A stretch of 64,000 nucleotides of DNA from the human T2T-CHM13v2.0 reference genome, Homo sapiens, in assembly GCF_009914755.1 (NCBI RefSeq), contig NC_060942.1; one strand, written 5' to 3'. Shown here piece after piece: positions 30,313 through 44,900 of the stretch; the first letter of the stretch is position 1, and each line of letters opens with the position of its first letter. The notes below the pieces were generated by a model, which was given only the letters and a program-made list of their open reading frames with translations, did no database searches and was not told the DNA's origin. The translations under genes and the position numbers were made by a program.

Positions 30313-31919
30313 ATTCAGGCATTTCTGAAATTCCGTCTCAATCAGAGGATCTCCCTCTCAAACAGAGGATCTCCAATCCTGGGATCCTCTGTTTCATTGG
30401 AAACCCTAGTTATGGCTTTCCAATTCAAAGCTGTTTATGTGGAACTTAGGAAGCAGCCTTCTCAAAGTCAGCCAATCACAACTGATGGAGCACAGAATGG
30501 TTATTCTCCAGGGGACCCTACAGAGTTAAAACTGTCATGGAGTGACTCTAAGTGTGGAAAAAGCATATTGTGAAAGAAGAAGAATAAGGAAGGTTGATAC
30601 GCCTTCATTCAAATGGCCAACTCACCCCTCATAGAATTTAATAAGTTTGTACTTGTGTTTCACTGTGGACTTTGTACGGAATAGTTTGAAGCTGAGCTGA
30701 AGTGAGGGCCCATGAGGAGGAAAGCCAGTCCCACTCAGGGAAAGCCTGTGAAGCTGGACCAAGCTCTGTAAAGCCCATCCACCTGAGAAAGCCCACATGG
30801 GACACCAAGCAGGTAGAGAGATTGCCGGATAATACCCTTGACCTTGTGATTCTGTTCTGCTATTATTGAATTTTTGGAGCTGAAGCGAGAAAACAGACAA
30901 AGGAAACTGAAAAGCAATACGAGGATACAATCAAGCAGAATTTATACATTTCCTGACTGAAGGTTAATGACTAGGTAATAATGGCAATAAATGGAGACCA
31001 GAGATTTAGAAGAAACAGGGGCTAAATGGCTGCATTCCAGCAAATACATCACAGCATCAGAGAGGCAGGAGGGAGCTAGAAAGTCAAGGTAAATTCTTAG
31101 ATGATGCTGGAATGGGGGGCTCACTTTTAATTGCTTTGAAAGCCATACATAGTAGTGCTAGCTGTAGCAGGCCCCTCAAAACTACATAATCAAAATATAT
31201 ACTGCAATTTGGCATTAAGCAATAGAGAGAATATGTACTTACTTTTGATATAAAAAGACAATTTTTAAAAAGATGTTTATCCAGATTACTTGGTGAAGTG
31301 TAAATTCAGAAGCACAAAACCTAGAGTTCACCAAGACTCTTAGAGTGACATGTTGCTGAATGGACAGTGGGTAGAATGTTAGTAAAGAGCCAGAAAAAGC
31401 TTCTTTTTGCTCATATTCTCTTTCATAGATTCCTTCCTGAGTAGCCCCTAATTGGATAAAAAATATGAGCCCCTGAGCAATGATTAGGTGGCACCAAACT
31501 AGTTCTCTACTCATAACCTCAATTTATCTTTGGGGATAATGTGTTAAGAGTCACTTGTGGGATTGACTGAGCGTTACCAAAATCAATATATATGTCAAGC
31601 TTATAAATTGCATATTAGTTTTAACACAGACATAACATAAAACGTTCACATTTAGTGATTTACTTTGCCTGCAAAGCAGACATTTTAGCCTGTCATTACG
31701 TGGATGATTATTAGCCGAACAGGGAGCAAGATCATTTCCTACCTCTGACTGTTAGCCTTTGCTAAAAGCAACCAGTAACCTTTCATAGAAGTGTCTTTAA
31801 ATCTTTCTCAACCCATGCCCCTTTGGGAAAATTTTTGCCTTTCCTTAAGAATATTTGAAATCTCAAAGCACTTTTAATTATCAAAATTAAAAAAAATAAA
31901 AGCAGGGGTAATTCTCATA

Positions 31920-32085
31920 CATTTTTAAATTGAGATACAATTCATATAACATAAAATCTACTCCTTTAAAGTGTACAGTTCAGTGGTTTTTAGTGTATTC
32001 ACAAAGTTGGGATATCGCCACTGATTAATATTAGAACATAGATATTATCACCTATTAGCAGTCACTCTCCATCTCTCCCTCCCTC
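31920..32085 (-). mobile_element. L1MB-like 3' tip
   Basis: ttgagatacaattcatataacataaaa...aagtgtacagttcagtggtttttagtgtattcaca. Confidence 0.75.
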
Positions 32086-32177
32086 AGACAAAGATGGGGA
32101 AATTTAAGAAACAGATTATATTTCAGTTTGTCATATATAAAGCACACACATACACACACACATATATAATTTATGTA

Positions 32178-32268
32178 CAGGCATACCTCAATATATTGTG
32201 GGTTTGGTTTTAGACCTCTGCAATAAAGCTAATGTCACAATAAAGTACATCACGTGAATTTTTGGTTT
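32178..32268 (+). mobile_element. Tigger1 terminal fragment
   Basis: TA followed by caggcatacctc...atattgtgggtttggtt...gcaataaag. Confidence 0.75.
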
Positions 32269-33250
32269 GAAGTTGTTCATTCTTCCATTGCCACCGTTCC
32301 CATTACTTGCATAGTGCTGTACTCAGAGGTTATCCATAAATGCCTACCAACTTAATTACTGATGTGTCATTGTTTTTTTTTTTTTAAAGAAAGAATCCAA
32401 CCCTCCATATTCCCTGCTGCATAAGTAAAGATTTGTTTGCTGTTTTAAGCCTTCCCAATCTACAAACACATTTTTCTGTATTCTTTGCTGCCAACAGAGA
32501 GGTTCAGGCAGATCTATTTACCTGTTCATGAAAGCTTTGTTCGCTTTCTTCTTTTCCTCTAAGAGGGATGAGGCCAGCCAGGCAAGTAACAGAGAAAACT
32601 GATGAGATGGCAGGAAGATAGAAGAAGAGAGTTGGGAGCCTGAGAATGAAGGCAGAAACCCCTTCTGTGTTCTTGGTCCTGTTAGTCTGAAACTATGGCT
32701 TCTTTTTATCATTATTGCCTTTCAAGTGCTTTTTGCAGGACATCCAAGTTGAGTTGTTTATAAACATGTTAGAATCCAAAGATTACTGAGAAGCCAGAGC
32801 ATAAGAAACAAGGGATTTGTCCTCTTGCTCTATCTGAACGGCCTTCTGAGGAAGCTAAAAGGGCAGACAGCTGTGGAACTGGACTGTGCCAGGGTCTATT
32901 CCAGAGAGTCAGTGGTTTCTTTTGAAAGAGTCCTGCTACAGGCTCACTGCAATCAGTATCCACGGGAATTTCTCTAGATGTCCACACTGTGCTGCCACCA
33001 GCATCATTCAACGGCAGTGACAAATAATGGAGAACTCAAGTCTTCCTCTTCTCTAGTAGAGGGAAGGCGAAATCTTTGGTTTTGGTATATTCTTCCCAAA
33101 ACTCATGGAATCTGTTCAGTTTGAGAGCAACGTGAAGATATTCCCTGTACATGTAGGTGGGGATGTTTTCAGCAGGAAGTTTAACTCCGTAATGTACTGA
33201 TCAAAGCCAGACCAAGACATGGGGTTAGGCTAATAATTTGGTAGCCCTTA

Positions 33251-33822
<572 letters not shown>

Positions 33823-33969
33823 GAAGAGAGAATTGTTAGATGCCACCCACCTTCCTTACGAGGCAGGTTGTGTTGACTATAAATTGTTACTTGAATATTC
33901 CCCTTAGTGGGATACAGAGGGTGTCTCATCTCACTCTGCCCCAAATGACTTATTAGAACATTCCTTCCC

Positions 33970-34345
33970 ATTATCAGTTAGGAATGATTTTGGCTGCAAA
34001 TAACAAACACAACAAAGATGAGAGTAGGTTTTAAAAATAGGCATTTATTTTTCTCACATTTCTGGAAGTCCAGAGATAGGCAGCATCTGGTGTTATTTCT
34101 AAAACTCAGTAATATCAAGGCCAATTGCTACAATTTCTTGGCTTTTCTCTCATAATGGGCAAGGTGGCTGCTGCAGCACCAGTCATCTTGTCCACATTCC
34201 AAGGAGGGAGAATGGGAAAGAGAAAGGGATGGCACCTATATCAGGAAAACAAAGGATTTCACTGCAACCCTGGAGAAGACTTTTACTTATGTGACTTTGG
34301 CCAGAATTGTGTCAGATAGCCACTTCTGGGCCAAGGGAGTTGGGA
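33970..34345 (-). mobile_element. Old MLT1 MaLR LTR
   Basis: tcagttaggaatg..tttggctgcaaataaca...ggaagtccagagataggcag. Confidence 0.6.
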
Positions 34346-34509
34346 CAACAGGGTTGGGAATAGACTTGGGTCAGAGAGCAATTCTGATAAATACAGTTTT
34401 ATTTATCTCATGATATCTCTAGGGACATTTTTATGTACTTGTTATATTTTAGCACCCATGATAGCCACACCCTAAATCTAGCTCTGGACATGCTATCAAA
34501 TTAATTAAA

Positions 34510-35400
34510 TTGTAGCAATCACTAACACACGGGTTGACTATGTGCCAGGCATTTTACATGTATTCACTCCTCGTAACAGCCCCTCGAAGTGCATGTGATT
34601 AATATCCCCATTTTACTCTTTAGGAAATGGAGTCACAGAGGTCCAGTAGTTTGTTCAAGATTGTAGAGCTGTAGCCCGCATTCAAACCTGTGCTAGCTGG
34701 CTTCAGAGTTTTTGTCTAAATCACCACACTATATCACTTCTCTGCTATAAAAATATTTACAGCTATAAGCAGTTACACAAATACCTGAGGGGGCTTTTGA
34801 AATTAAGAACAATTACAGGAGGGAGAGCATTTGGACCAGACGGGGAAAGGTTGAATTCCTGTCCTGGCTCCACTGACGCTAGTCATTCATTCAGCAAGTA
34901 TTTCTGCGTTGTTTTCCTTTGCCACACACTGTGTTAATAAGACAAACATGGTTCCTCTATATTCTAGTGGGGAAAATAGACCCCCCCAAAACAAAGTAAG
35001 CAAATGAGTGCATGAAGTGTTTATTATTGATGAATGAGAAGCAGGGAACCCCGAGAGCTGAGACAGCGAATAACTGGAGGAATGCTACATTAGAGTGGCC
35101 TGGAAAGGGATCCCCCAAGAGGTGGCATTTACATTGCAAGCTGAATGATGAGAGGCATCTTGCTGCAGAAATTGCTTGGGGAGAAAGAAGGTTGCAGGAA
35201 GAAAGAGCAGAAAGAGTAAATTTCCTAAGGGAAGAAAGAACTTGGCTTTTTAGAGAAACTGAGGAAAGATTAGCATGCCCAGTGCTAATGCCGTGGGAGA
35301 GTGATGTAAGGTAAGACTAGCAAAGAAGTTTTGAGGACAGAAGGTGCTGAACCTTGAAGTCACAGAACAGAATTCACATTTACTTATAACTGCAAGGGGA
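34510..35400. mobile_element. MIR and L2 fragments
   Basis: MIR: tatgtgccaggc...cccattttac...gaaatggag. L2 tail: cattcattcagcaagtattt. Confidence 0.65.
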
Positions 35401-35719
35401 AGCTACGTGTCCCCACTTTGCTCCCAGTAACTCTCTCCATTGCTGTGCAATGAGACGTACAATACTGGCTTTGGCTACTTCGTGGGGTGCATATAAGGAT
35501 CAAATGATGTAATGTGTATGACAGTAACTCGTTATGTATAAACCTCTCCATAAAATAACAGATAATAAAGGCCCATAGAGTATTTCATAGTAAGAAGTAT
35601 GTCTTTTAAAAATATTTTTTTGGAATATACTTAACAACTAAACTTGTGGTTACACAGAGCAAGCTGTGCATAAACAAATGCAACTTTTTAAAAATATCTG
35701 TTATGTTTACAATGTTTTG

Positions 35720-37730
35720 TGGGAGTTCTGCTACCAGTTAGGATGTAGACTAGTTTGTGACAGACTACCGTTCCCACTGTAGCAGCTAGAAAAAAAAAGG
35801 AATAAATATAAAAATCTATATTTTAAAAACTATGTTGGAGAGCTGTGGATACAAAGAAGTCTGAAGGAGCCAAGTTCCAGGGAAGAAGAACTCTTGTGAC
35901 ATAAGCAGAGCCAAGTGGTCATTACCTCCCTGGGCATGTCTGCTCCCTGAGTTTCTGCAGTTCTGGGCCAAAGGTCATACCTGTCTAGGTGGAGGGACTC
36001 TACCGGGATGAGGAGACACCAGTGGAGCTGTTAATGGCTGCCTGCACTAGCACAAGAGATTGGAATTTGTAGAAGCTCCAAATGCAGAGCTAGTTCTCCC
36101 CACTCAACAACTCTGCCCCTTGGGATTTTTGCTGGGAGCCCTGGCAATACAGGATTCCAGCAACACAGGGGACCAGGCTGTAAAGCAGAGAGAGATCTCT
36201 GTAGTCCCATGGTGTTTATCTCAAAACGCTTTTAGCAGGAGGGACCTATAGTACACACAGGACAGATCTCCCCCTTGAAGCATTTGAAACCAGAGATAAA
36301 TGAAAACTAATGTAAATTGCAACCCAGCCCAGACCCAGCTCAACTCCTGATTGGATTGACATGCTCTGCCTCTCACTCTATCTACCAAATAGAGGAAAAG
36401 CCTTGCCCTTTCTGGGGGAAACCTTTATTTACTCCAGTTTTCTAGAGTTCTTTTAAAAAACAACATCTGCCATCTAATAAAAAGTTATGAAATATGTGAA
36501 GAAAAAGGAAAACGTGACCTATAAGCAACTGGTCGTTTTTATATCAATATTTAATCAGACATATTAACAGCATAGATACTGATGTTAAGAGATAAGATCT
36601 TTCCAATAACAATTATAATATGTTATAGAAATTAGAGGATAGATGGGCAAAAATGGATCAAAATATAGATAATGTCAACAGAGAAACTGAATCTCTAAAA
36701 AGAACTAATTGGATATTCTTGATATGAAAAAAATACAATATTGGAAGTGAAGTATTCATTGGAAGACTAAGCTGACTGAACACAGTAGAAGTGAGGAAAA
36801 ATGAAGACAGTGAAATAGAAATGTTTTAACTGAAGCAGAGAGAGAGTTGGGGGAGGGAAGCAAAGCAGATTATGAAGAACATTTGGGGCAACATCAAACA
36901 GCCTGACAGTCATGTTATTGGAGTTCCAGGAGAGGAGAGAGGAAAAGTGACAGAAGAAATATTGGAAGAGAAAATGGATGTGGATATATTCCAAAATTGA
37001 TGAAAGACATTAGCCCACAGATTGAAGCTCAGTAAACCTCAATCAGAATTGAGAACTACACTCAAATTGCTGAAAGCAAAAGATAAAGATAAAATCTATT
37101 ATGAGCAGATAGAACAGATACTATATTTAAAAGAACATCAAAGAATTGTAACTGACTCTCATCAGAATCAATAGACTCAACAAGACAATGGAATGACTTC
37201 TTTAAAAGGATTTAAACAAAAACTGTCAGCCTAGAGTTCTATGCCCAGTAAAAAATATTTGTCAAAAATGGAAATAAATTAAAAACATATTCAGAAATAA
37301 AGCTGAGGGAATTTGTTGTCAGCAGATCCACAGTACAAGAAATGCTAAGGAATGCGAGAGAAATGCTCAAGGAAGTTCTCAAAAATGAAGAGAAAGGATC
37401 TGTTGTGGAAACACAGATATGTAGGGAGGAATGAAAAACTCTAGAAAAGATAAATTTAAAAGACCATGTATTTAGTTTTTCAAAAAACTTACTATTTTAA
37501 AGCAACAACAATAATAACTATTGGGGGATGTAAACATCTGAGGGAGCAACATAGATGACAACAGTAATATAAAGGGTAGAGGGAGAATTATATTCTGTAA
37601 GATATTTACACTGTTGTGAAGTTATAAAATACTAATTCCATGTGAATAGTAATAAAGATCTCTGGTATCTACTAAAATATAGTATAAGTTATGGCTAAAA
37701 AGACAATGGAAGAAAAAATAGAATAATAAA
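35720..37730 (+). mobile_element. Ancient L1M 5'/ORF1 region, degenerate
   Basis: A-rich ORF1-like sequence (ttggagttccaggagaggagagagg; ctgagggaatttgttgtcagcaga). Confidence 0.7.
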
Positions 37731-39659
37731 ATCTTTTCTTAATGCCACTTTGAATTTATGATAATTATCGTACACTTGAAATTTAATTTTAAACCTTGTG
37801 GTGTTTTTCCAACAAAAGTTTCTGTGTAACACAATTGCATTCAATTTGTCATGTAATATTTTCCTGGTATTGTTTGGAAATAAAAAGGCAAAAACAGCTG
37901 ATGAAGCCTAAACTCCATTTTCTCCTAATATGGTGAGGTATGAAGCTGCCCATTAAGGCTCATCAAACTGTTGGATGGGCCTGAGGGTCAAAATTACGTA
38001 ATGTTTCAAGAGTGGAAATTCATGGTTCCTTCTCCACCCTGGGGTGAAGGAAAAACATTTGTATCTCTAACCAAAAATGTGAGAGCTCTTCCAAGTGCTC
38101 TTATCCCCAAAAATGCTGTCTGACTTCTTTGCCAAAAAAAAGCTGATCATTGTGATTAAAGGATTCTTTGGGTGGACTGTTTCAGAAGGAACCAGTGTGT
38201 TACTTAGCTGCTCATGACCAATAATATTTCACATCTGTCCTCCCTGTCCCCAGCAGAGTTTTATGAGGGTCTCTTCCCTGAGATTCCATTAGTAGACCCT
38301 TCGCATGAATAAGAAACTATGTACCATAATTGAAATATCATCATTAGCCCTAAATGTATCTTCCCCTTGTCTTCTGTGATTTACCTATTATTTCACAAAT
38401 TTCATACTTCTTCAAATATTTTCAGTGTTTGGATATATCTGCTTGTTTGTCTAATTTCTAAGATCTGTGATAATATCCAGGTGCAGCCATTGAGGTGGTA
38501 TTACCGTATTGGCTTGAAAAAAAGTGTCTGCATGTTTTTGAGTCAGGAAAACAAAGCAGTTTATAGAACAATATTGGTATGGTACAGATGGGAGGAAAAG
38601 ACCTTCCATTTTTGCTTTATACAATTGTATATTAGACGTAAACACTTATACTGCATTATAATTTTTTAAATATGGTCCATGTTTACTATTAAGACTGTCT
38701 TTTTTTAATAAGTCAAGCATATTTATTTTTTGAAGGAATTAGCCGAAAAAACCTAGAACTAAGAAAAGTCTTAGATATCCATATACTTTTTCTGAGTCTG
38801 GTACATGGAGGGCAGGAGGCTGTGTGAGCAGTGGTAACTGATTTCAGTTTTAAAAGAAGTAGGTGTTTATATACTAGTACTCTATGAGTTTGTGGGTGTT
38901 TTTCAGTATTAGTCTTATTGCAAAAGGAAAAAGTCTTCAAAGCCTACAAATAATAAAATTAATAATAGCTGTCTTACTATCTTGTCAATTTCATAGGTAT
39001 TTCAACTGCTAGAATGTGTCTGACTTGTTGAACTATAAAGAATTCAGCGAGAATTATCACCCGGTTATCAGACAAAACTAGCTAAAATTCTTATCACACA
39101 ACACATAAAAAATAAAAGTAGATATTTTATATTTTCCTGAAATGTTTTGGTTTAAAAAATAAATTGGCTATCTTGGTGTCAGTTAATGTTCAAAAATAGA
39201 ACTAGAGTCAGATACTACGAAAAGATCAATGATAAAATTCCAGAAATCTCTACTAAATTTAGATGCGATTTAGAAATCCAGGAGGATTCCTAGATGTGTA
39301 CAGCATATGAGCAAATGGAAATTTTTTGGTGTTATTATGGAAACATTATTTTGCCTCTATGTACTCTCATGAATTCAGTGTGCTTTACATTAGCCATGGC
39401 TAAATTTGATAACAATCCGCTGCTGCTCAGCATGTCAACATGTAATTGTCCTAAGTCGTCATAAAACCCACAGTGGACGTTATTGTGCCATTGGTCTAGT
39501 TACCTCTTTCCACCTGGGAGCTCTTGTTTGAGTGAAACAGCTCAGACCATATATTGCTTAAGAGTTAGTCTTGGTCTTTTTGTCCAATTCCACCTGAACC
39601 CAAAGAGAAGAAGGCAAGCTTGGAGAAGATTCTTTGAAAGGAGTTGCAAACCCATACCA

Positions 39660-40540
39660 ACACGAACTCCTCATTCCTCCCCGCCCCATCCCACTCCTAT
39701 CCTCTGGAAGTAGCCATTCTGCTTTCTGTCTATGAATTTGACTACTCAGCACCACAAGTAAATGGAATAATCTAGTATTCGTCTTTTTGTGAGTGGCTTT
39801 TTCACTTAGCACAATGTCCTCAGGTTTCATCCATGTTGTTTCTTGTGTCTGAATTTCCTTCCTTTATACCACATTTTGCTTGTCCATTCATCTGCTGATA
39901 GCACTTGGGTTGCTTCTAACTTTTGGCTATTGTGAATGGTCAATAGCCAAAAGCTATTAAGTGGATGCTATTAGCATGGATGGACAAATATTACTTTGAG
40001 TCCCTGCTCTCAATTCTTTTGAGTATATACCCAGAAGTGGAATTGCTGGGTCTTATGGTGGCTCTTAATTTTTTTTTTTTTTTTTTGGCTTTAAGAACAT
40101 TTTATTTAGGGACATATTTAAACCTCTTAAGCCTGTAACATATTTTCTAGTATTACCTACAATCAAAATTATATTTTTAAGCAAAACTGACTTGTTAGGA
40201 AAGCAAATTATTTTCCTTCTTTTATTTTTTTTGAAACAGTCTTGCTCTGTTGCCCAGGCTGGAGTGCAAGTGGCATGATCTCAGCTCACTGAAACTTCTG
40301 CCTTCCAGGTCAAGTGATTCTCCCATCTCAGCCTCCCAAATAGCTGGGATTACAGATGCATGTATGGTGGCTCTATTTTTAATTTTTTGAGGAACTTCCA
40401 TACTGTTTTCCATAGAAAGCTGCCCCATCTTACATTCCTGCCAACAGTGCACAAGGGTTGCAGTTTCTCTACCTGTTCACCAACGCTTGTGATTATCTGT
40501 TTTTTGTTTGTTTAATAATAACCACCTAATGGTTGTGAGC
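39660..40540 (-). mobile_element. L1MB-like 3' fragment interrupted by a retrocopy insertion
   Basis: atacccagaagtggaattgctggg..tatggt resumes at tatttttaattttttgaggaac after the insertion. Confidence 0.8.
40066..40362 (-). pseudogene. 5'-truncated polyadenylated retrocopy: Alu right arm, then ~125 bp unique sequence, AATAAA and poly-A
   Basis: TSD TATGGTGGCTCT at 40054-40065 and 40363-40374; T18 at 40069-40086; tttatt at 40101-40106; Alu arm at 40233-40362. Confidence 0.75.
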
Positions 40541-40722
40541 AGCAACTCTTATGTCCTTCTCTGCCATCACCATAGATAGGTTACAGAAACAAACTTTTAC
40601 TGTGCATATTTTGACTAGTATAAGTAACTTTGTATTTTATGAGTGTGTGAAAATGATTAAAAACATATTCATGTTAATTCCTATACGGCCACAGAGTCAT
40701 TATAAAGTAGAGAGAATTTTTT

Positions 40723-41032
<310 letters not shown>

Positions 41033-41227
41033 ATAAAGTATAGAGAATTTTTTTAAAAGGGCCACCACTGAGTGGAGATTATTCCCTCAAACCTATCTCA
41101 ACCATGGTTACTCCACTTCTCCATTTGATTTAAACTTAATTAATTAAACTTAATTAAATTTAATTTTGTGGCTTTATAACATAAAAATATAACCCGTTTT
41201 TATTCATAGATATTATTCTTTCCTCAG

Positions 41228-41430
41228 AAAATCCATTCCTCGCTGCCGAAGAATTAACAGGATGCTCTCCAATGAATCCCTCCATCCTCCTGCCTTCAGC
41301 CGTTCCAACTCAGAAGCCTCCGTAGACAGCGCCTCCATGGAGGATTTCTGGCGGGAAATAGAAAGTATTAAAGACAGCAGCATGGGAGGGCAAGAAGAGC
41401 CACCGCCAGCTGAGGTCACACCTGTGGATG
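41228..41430 (+). CDS. ARHGAP28: Rho GTPase-activating protein 28, internal coding exon (probably exon 2; 203 nt)
   Basis: Acceptor ttctttcctcag ends at 41227 and donor G|gtaagt starts at 41431. Translates (R)KSIPRCRRINRMLSNESLHPPAFSRSNSEASVDSASMEDFWREIESIKDSSMGGQEEPPPAEVTPVD, matching the recalled ARHGAP28 N-terminus. Splices in phase to the next exon. Confidence 0.95.
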
Positions 41431-41949
41431 GTAAGTTGCTGGATTTGTCTTCCTATGTGCTGACTGGCTTTCTTTCTCTGCCCTCTGTTACTCTGTTCAT
41501 AGGCAGAAATCATCCCACCAATAGTTTAACCAATGAATCAGTAGAATCTGGCATATTGATGATCTACTCCCACTGATTGATTTATATCTACTGTACTGGC
41601 TCAGGGTGGCTTTTATCCCAGGTGACATGACCCAAGGAGGGCTGGACCTCAACAAAAATACAAATTGATGCCTTATATACTGCTACTTAGGGATGCTGTG
41701 CCTGTCTATTGGTTTGATTCATTACCATCAAGCAGATTGAGTATTCTAATTCTGACAGCTTTTACATTTGTCTACTCATTTGTTATTATTAATTAGAGTA
41801 ATTAATACTTGACTATTAATTACTATTAACTAGAGAGAGAGAAATTTTAGCAGTATAATTGTGAAGAAGAAAAATTTGACCTTAAAGCATTTACTCATAT
41901 TACTATATTAGATTGTCTTGTATTCCACCAAATAAAAGCCATGTTGTTG

Positions 41950-44900
41950 TTTTTTCCAACTTTTATTTTAGATATACAAGGGGTACATGTGCAGGTTTCT
42001 TACATGGGTATATTGCCCTCAGGTAGTGAGCATAGTACCCAGTAGGTAGTTTTTGACCCATTCCTCTTTCCCTACCTCCCCCCTCTAGTAGTCTGCAGTG
42101 TCTATTGTGCCCATGTTTATGTTTGTGGGTGCTTAGTGTTTAGTGCCCGCTTACAAGTGAGAACATGCAGTATTTGGTTTTCCCTTCCTGTGTTAATTTG
42201 TTTAGGATTATGGCCACCAGCTCCATTCTCATTGCTGCAAAGGACATGATTTCACTCTTTTTTATGGCTGCATAGTATCCCATCTTGTATATGTATCACA
42301 TTTTCTTTATCCAGTCCTCCAATCATGGGTAGCTAGGTTGATTCCATATCTTTGCAATTGTGAATAGCTTGGCGATGAACATACAAGTGCATGTGTCTTT
42401 TTAGTATAATAATCTATTTTGCTTTGGGTTTATACCCAGTAATGGGATTGCTGGGTCAAATGGTAGCTCTATTTTAAGTTCTTTGAGAAATCTCCAAGCT
42501 GCTTTCCACAGTGGCTGAACTAATTTACCCTCCCACCAACAACAGTACTTAAGCATTCTCTTTTGTCTGCAGCATTGCCAGTGTTTTTTTTTTTTTTTTC
42601 TGTTTGTTTTTTTGACTGTTTTGATAGTAGCCATTCTGACTGGTGTGAGATGATATCTCAGTTTGGTTTTGATTTGCATTTCTCTGATAATTAGTGATGA
42701 TGAGCATTTTTTCATGTATTTGTTGTCTGTTTGTATGTCTTCTTTTGAAAAGCATATGTTCATATCCTTTGCCCATTTTTTAATGGAGTTATTTGCTTTT
42801 CGCTTGTTGATTTGTTTAAACTCCTTATAGATTCTGGATATTAGACCTCTGTCAGATGCATAGTTTGTGAATATTTTCTCCCATACTCTTGGTTGTCTGT
42901 TTACTCTGTTAATGGTTTCTTTTGCTGTGTAGAAGCTCTTTAGTTTTTTTTTTTAAATTAAAATAGAGTTTATATCATTGAAGCTTATATAATTTAATTT
43001 TTAATAATGGCTGAGTTTAACAACTGGCTTGCAAAATTCCTGAGCATTTAATAATCATCTCCCACGAGCGCATATGAGCCTGCCCCAGCACACTCTGGGT
43101 GCCACTCAAAGGAAGCCCTTCTGCTTCCACTGGGGCAAAGGATTTTGAGCTTTTTTTTTTTTTTTTTTTTTTTTATTGATCATTCTTGGGTGTTTCTCAC
43201 AGAGGGGGATTTGGCCGGGTCATAGGACAATAGTGGAGGGAAGGTCAGCAGATAAACAAGTGAACAAAGGTCTCTGGTTTTCCTAGGCAGAGGACCCTGC
43301 GGCCTTCCGCAGTGTTTGTGTCCCTGGGTACTTGAGATTAGGGAGTGGTGATGACTCTCAACGAGCACTCTGCCTTCAAGCATCTGTTTAACAAAGCACA
43401 TCTTGCACCGCCCTTAATCCATTTAACCATGAGTGGACACAACACATGTTTCAGAGAGCACAGGGTTGGGGGTAAGGTCACAGATCAACAGGATCCCAAG
43501 GCAGAAGAATTTATCTTAGTACAGAACAAAATGAAAAGTCTCCCGTGTCTACCTCTTTCTACACAGACACGGCAACCATCCGATTTCTCAGTCTCTTCCC
43601 CACCTTTCCCCGCTTTCTATTCCACAAAACCGCCATTGTCATCATGGCCTGTTCTCAATGAGCTGTTGAGTACACCTCCCAGACAGGGTAGTGGCCGGGC
43701 AGAGGGGCTCCTCACTTCCCAGTAGGGGCGGCCGGGCTGAGGCGCCCCTCACCTCCCGGACGGGGCGGCTGGCCGGGCGGGGGGCTGACCCCCCCACCTC
43801 CCTCCCGGACGGGGCGGCTGGCTGGGCGGAGGGTTGACCCCCCCACCTCCCTCCGAGATGGGGCGGCTGGCCGGGAGGGGGGTTGACCCCCCCACCTCCC
43901 TCCCGGACGGGGCGGCTGGCTGGGCGGAGGGTTGACCCCCCCACCTCCCTCCGAGATGGGGCGGCTGGCCGGGAGGGGGGTTGACCCCCCCACCTCCCTC
44001 CCGGACGGGGCGGCTGGCCGGGCAGAGGGGCTCCTCACTTCCCAGTAGGGGCGGCCGGGCAGAGGCGCCCCTCACCTCCCGGACGGGGCGGCTGACCGGG
44101 CGGGGGGCTGACCCCCCCACCTCCCTCCCGGACGGGGCGGCTGGCTGGGCGGGGGGCTGACCCCCACCTCCCTCCGAGACGGGGCGGCTGGCCGGCAGGG
44201 GGGCTGACCCCCCCCCACCTCCCTCCTGGATGGGGCGGCTGGCCGGGCGGAGACGCTTCTCACTTCCCAGACGGTGTGGTTGCCGGGTGGAGGGGCTCCT
44301 CATTTCTCAGATGGGGCGGTTGCCAGGCGGAGGGTCTCCTCACTTCTCAGACGGGGCGGCCGGGCAGAGACGCTCCTCACTTCCTAGATGGGGTCGCGGC
44401 CGGACAGAGGCACTCCCCACATCTCAGACGATGGGCGGCCGGGAAGAGGCGCTCCTCACTTCCTAGATGGGATGGCGGCCGGGCAGAGACGCTCCTCACT
44501 TCCCAGACGGGGTGGCGGCCGGGCAGAGGCTGCAATCTCGGCACTTTGGGAGGCCAAGGCAGGCTGCTGGGAGGTGGAGGTTGTAGCGAGCCGAGATCAC
44601 GCCACTGCACTCCAGCCTGGGCACCATTGAGCACTGAGTTAACGAGACTCCGTCTGCAATCCCGGCACCTTGGGAGGCCGAGGCTGGCAGATCACTCGCA
44701 GTTAGGAGCTGGAGACCAGCCCGGCCAACACAGTGAAACCCCGTCTCCACCAAAAAAATACGAAAACCAGTCAGGCGTGGCGGCACGCGCCTGCAATCGC
44801 AGGCACTCGGCAGGCCCAGGCAGGAGAATCAGGCAGGGAGGTTGCAGTGAGCCGAGATGGCAGCAGTACAGTCCAGCTTCGGCTCGGCATCAGAGGGAGA

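Noticed and set aside
27550-31900. Repeat-poor intronic stretch as a hidden exon or enhancer
   Set aside because: No convincing exon or ORF; conservation and chromatin state cannot be judged from sequence alone.
41431-41576. ORF-track extension of the first exon (104 aa ORF)
   Set aside because: Read-through into the intron past a consensus gtaagt donor; the protein continues in the exon at 53761.
43690-44530. Repeat array or CpG island suggesting a CRISPR array or a gene promoter
   Set aside because: It is the SVA VNTR: no unique spacers, no cas genes, and the DNA is human.
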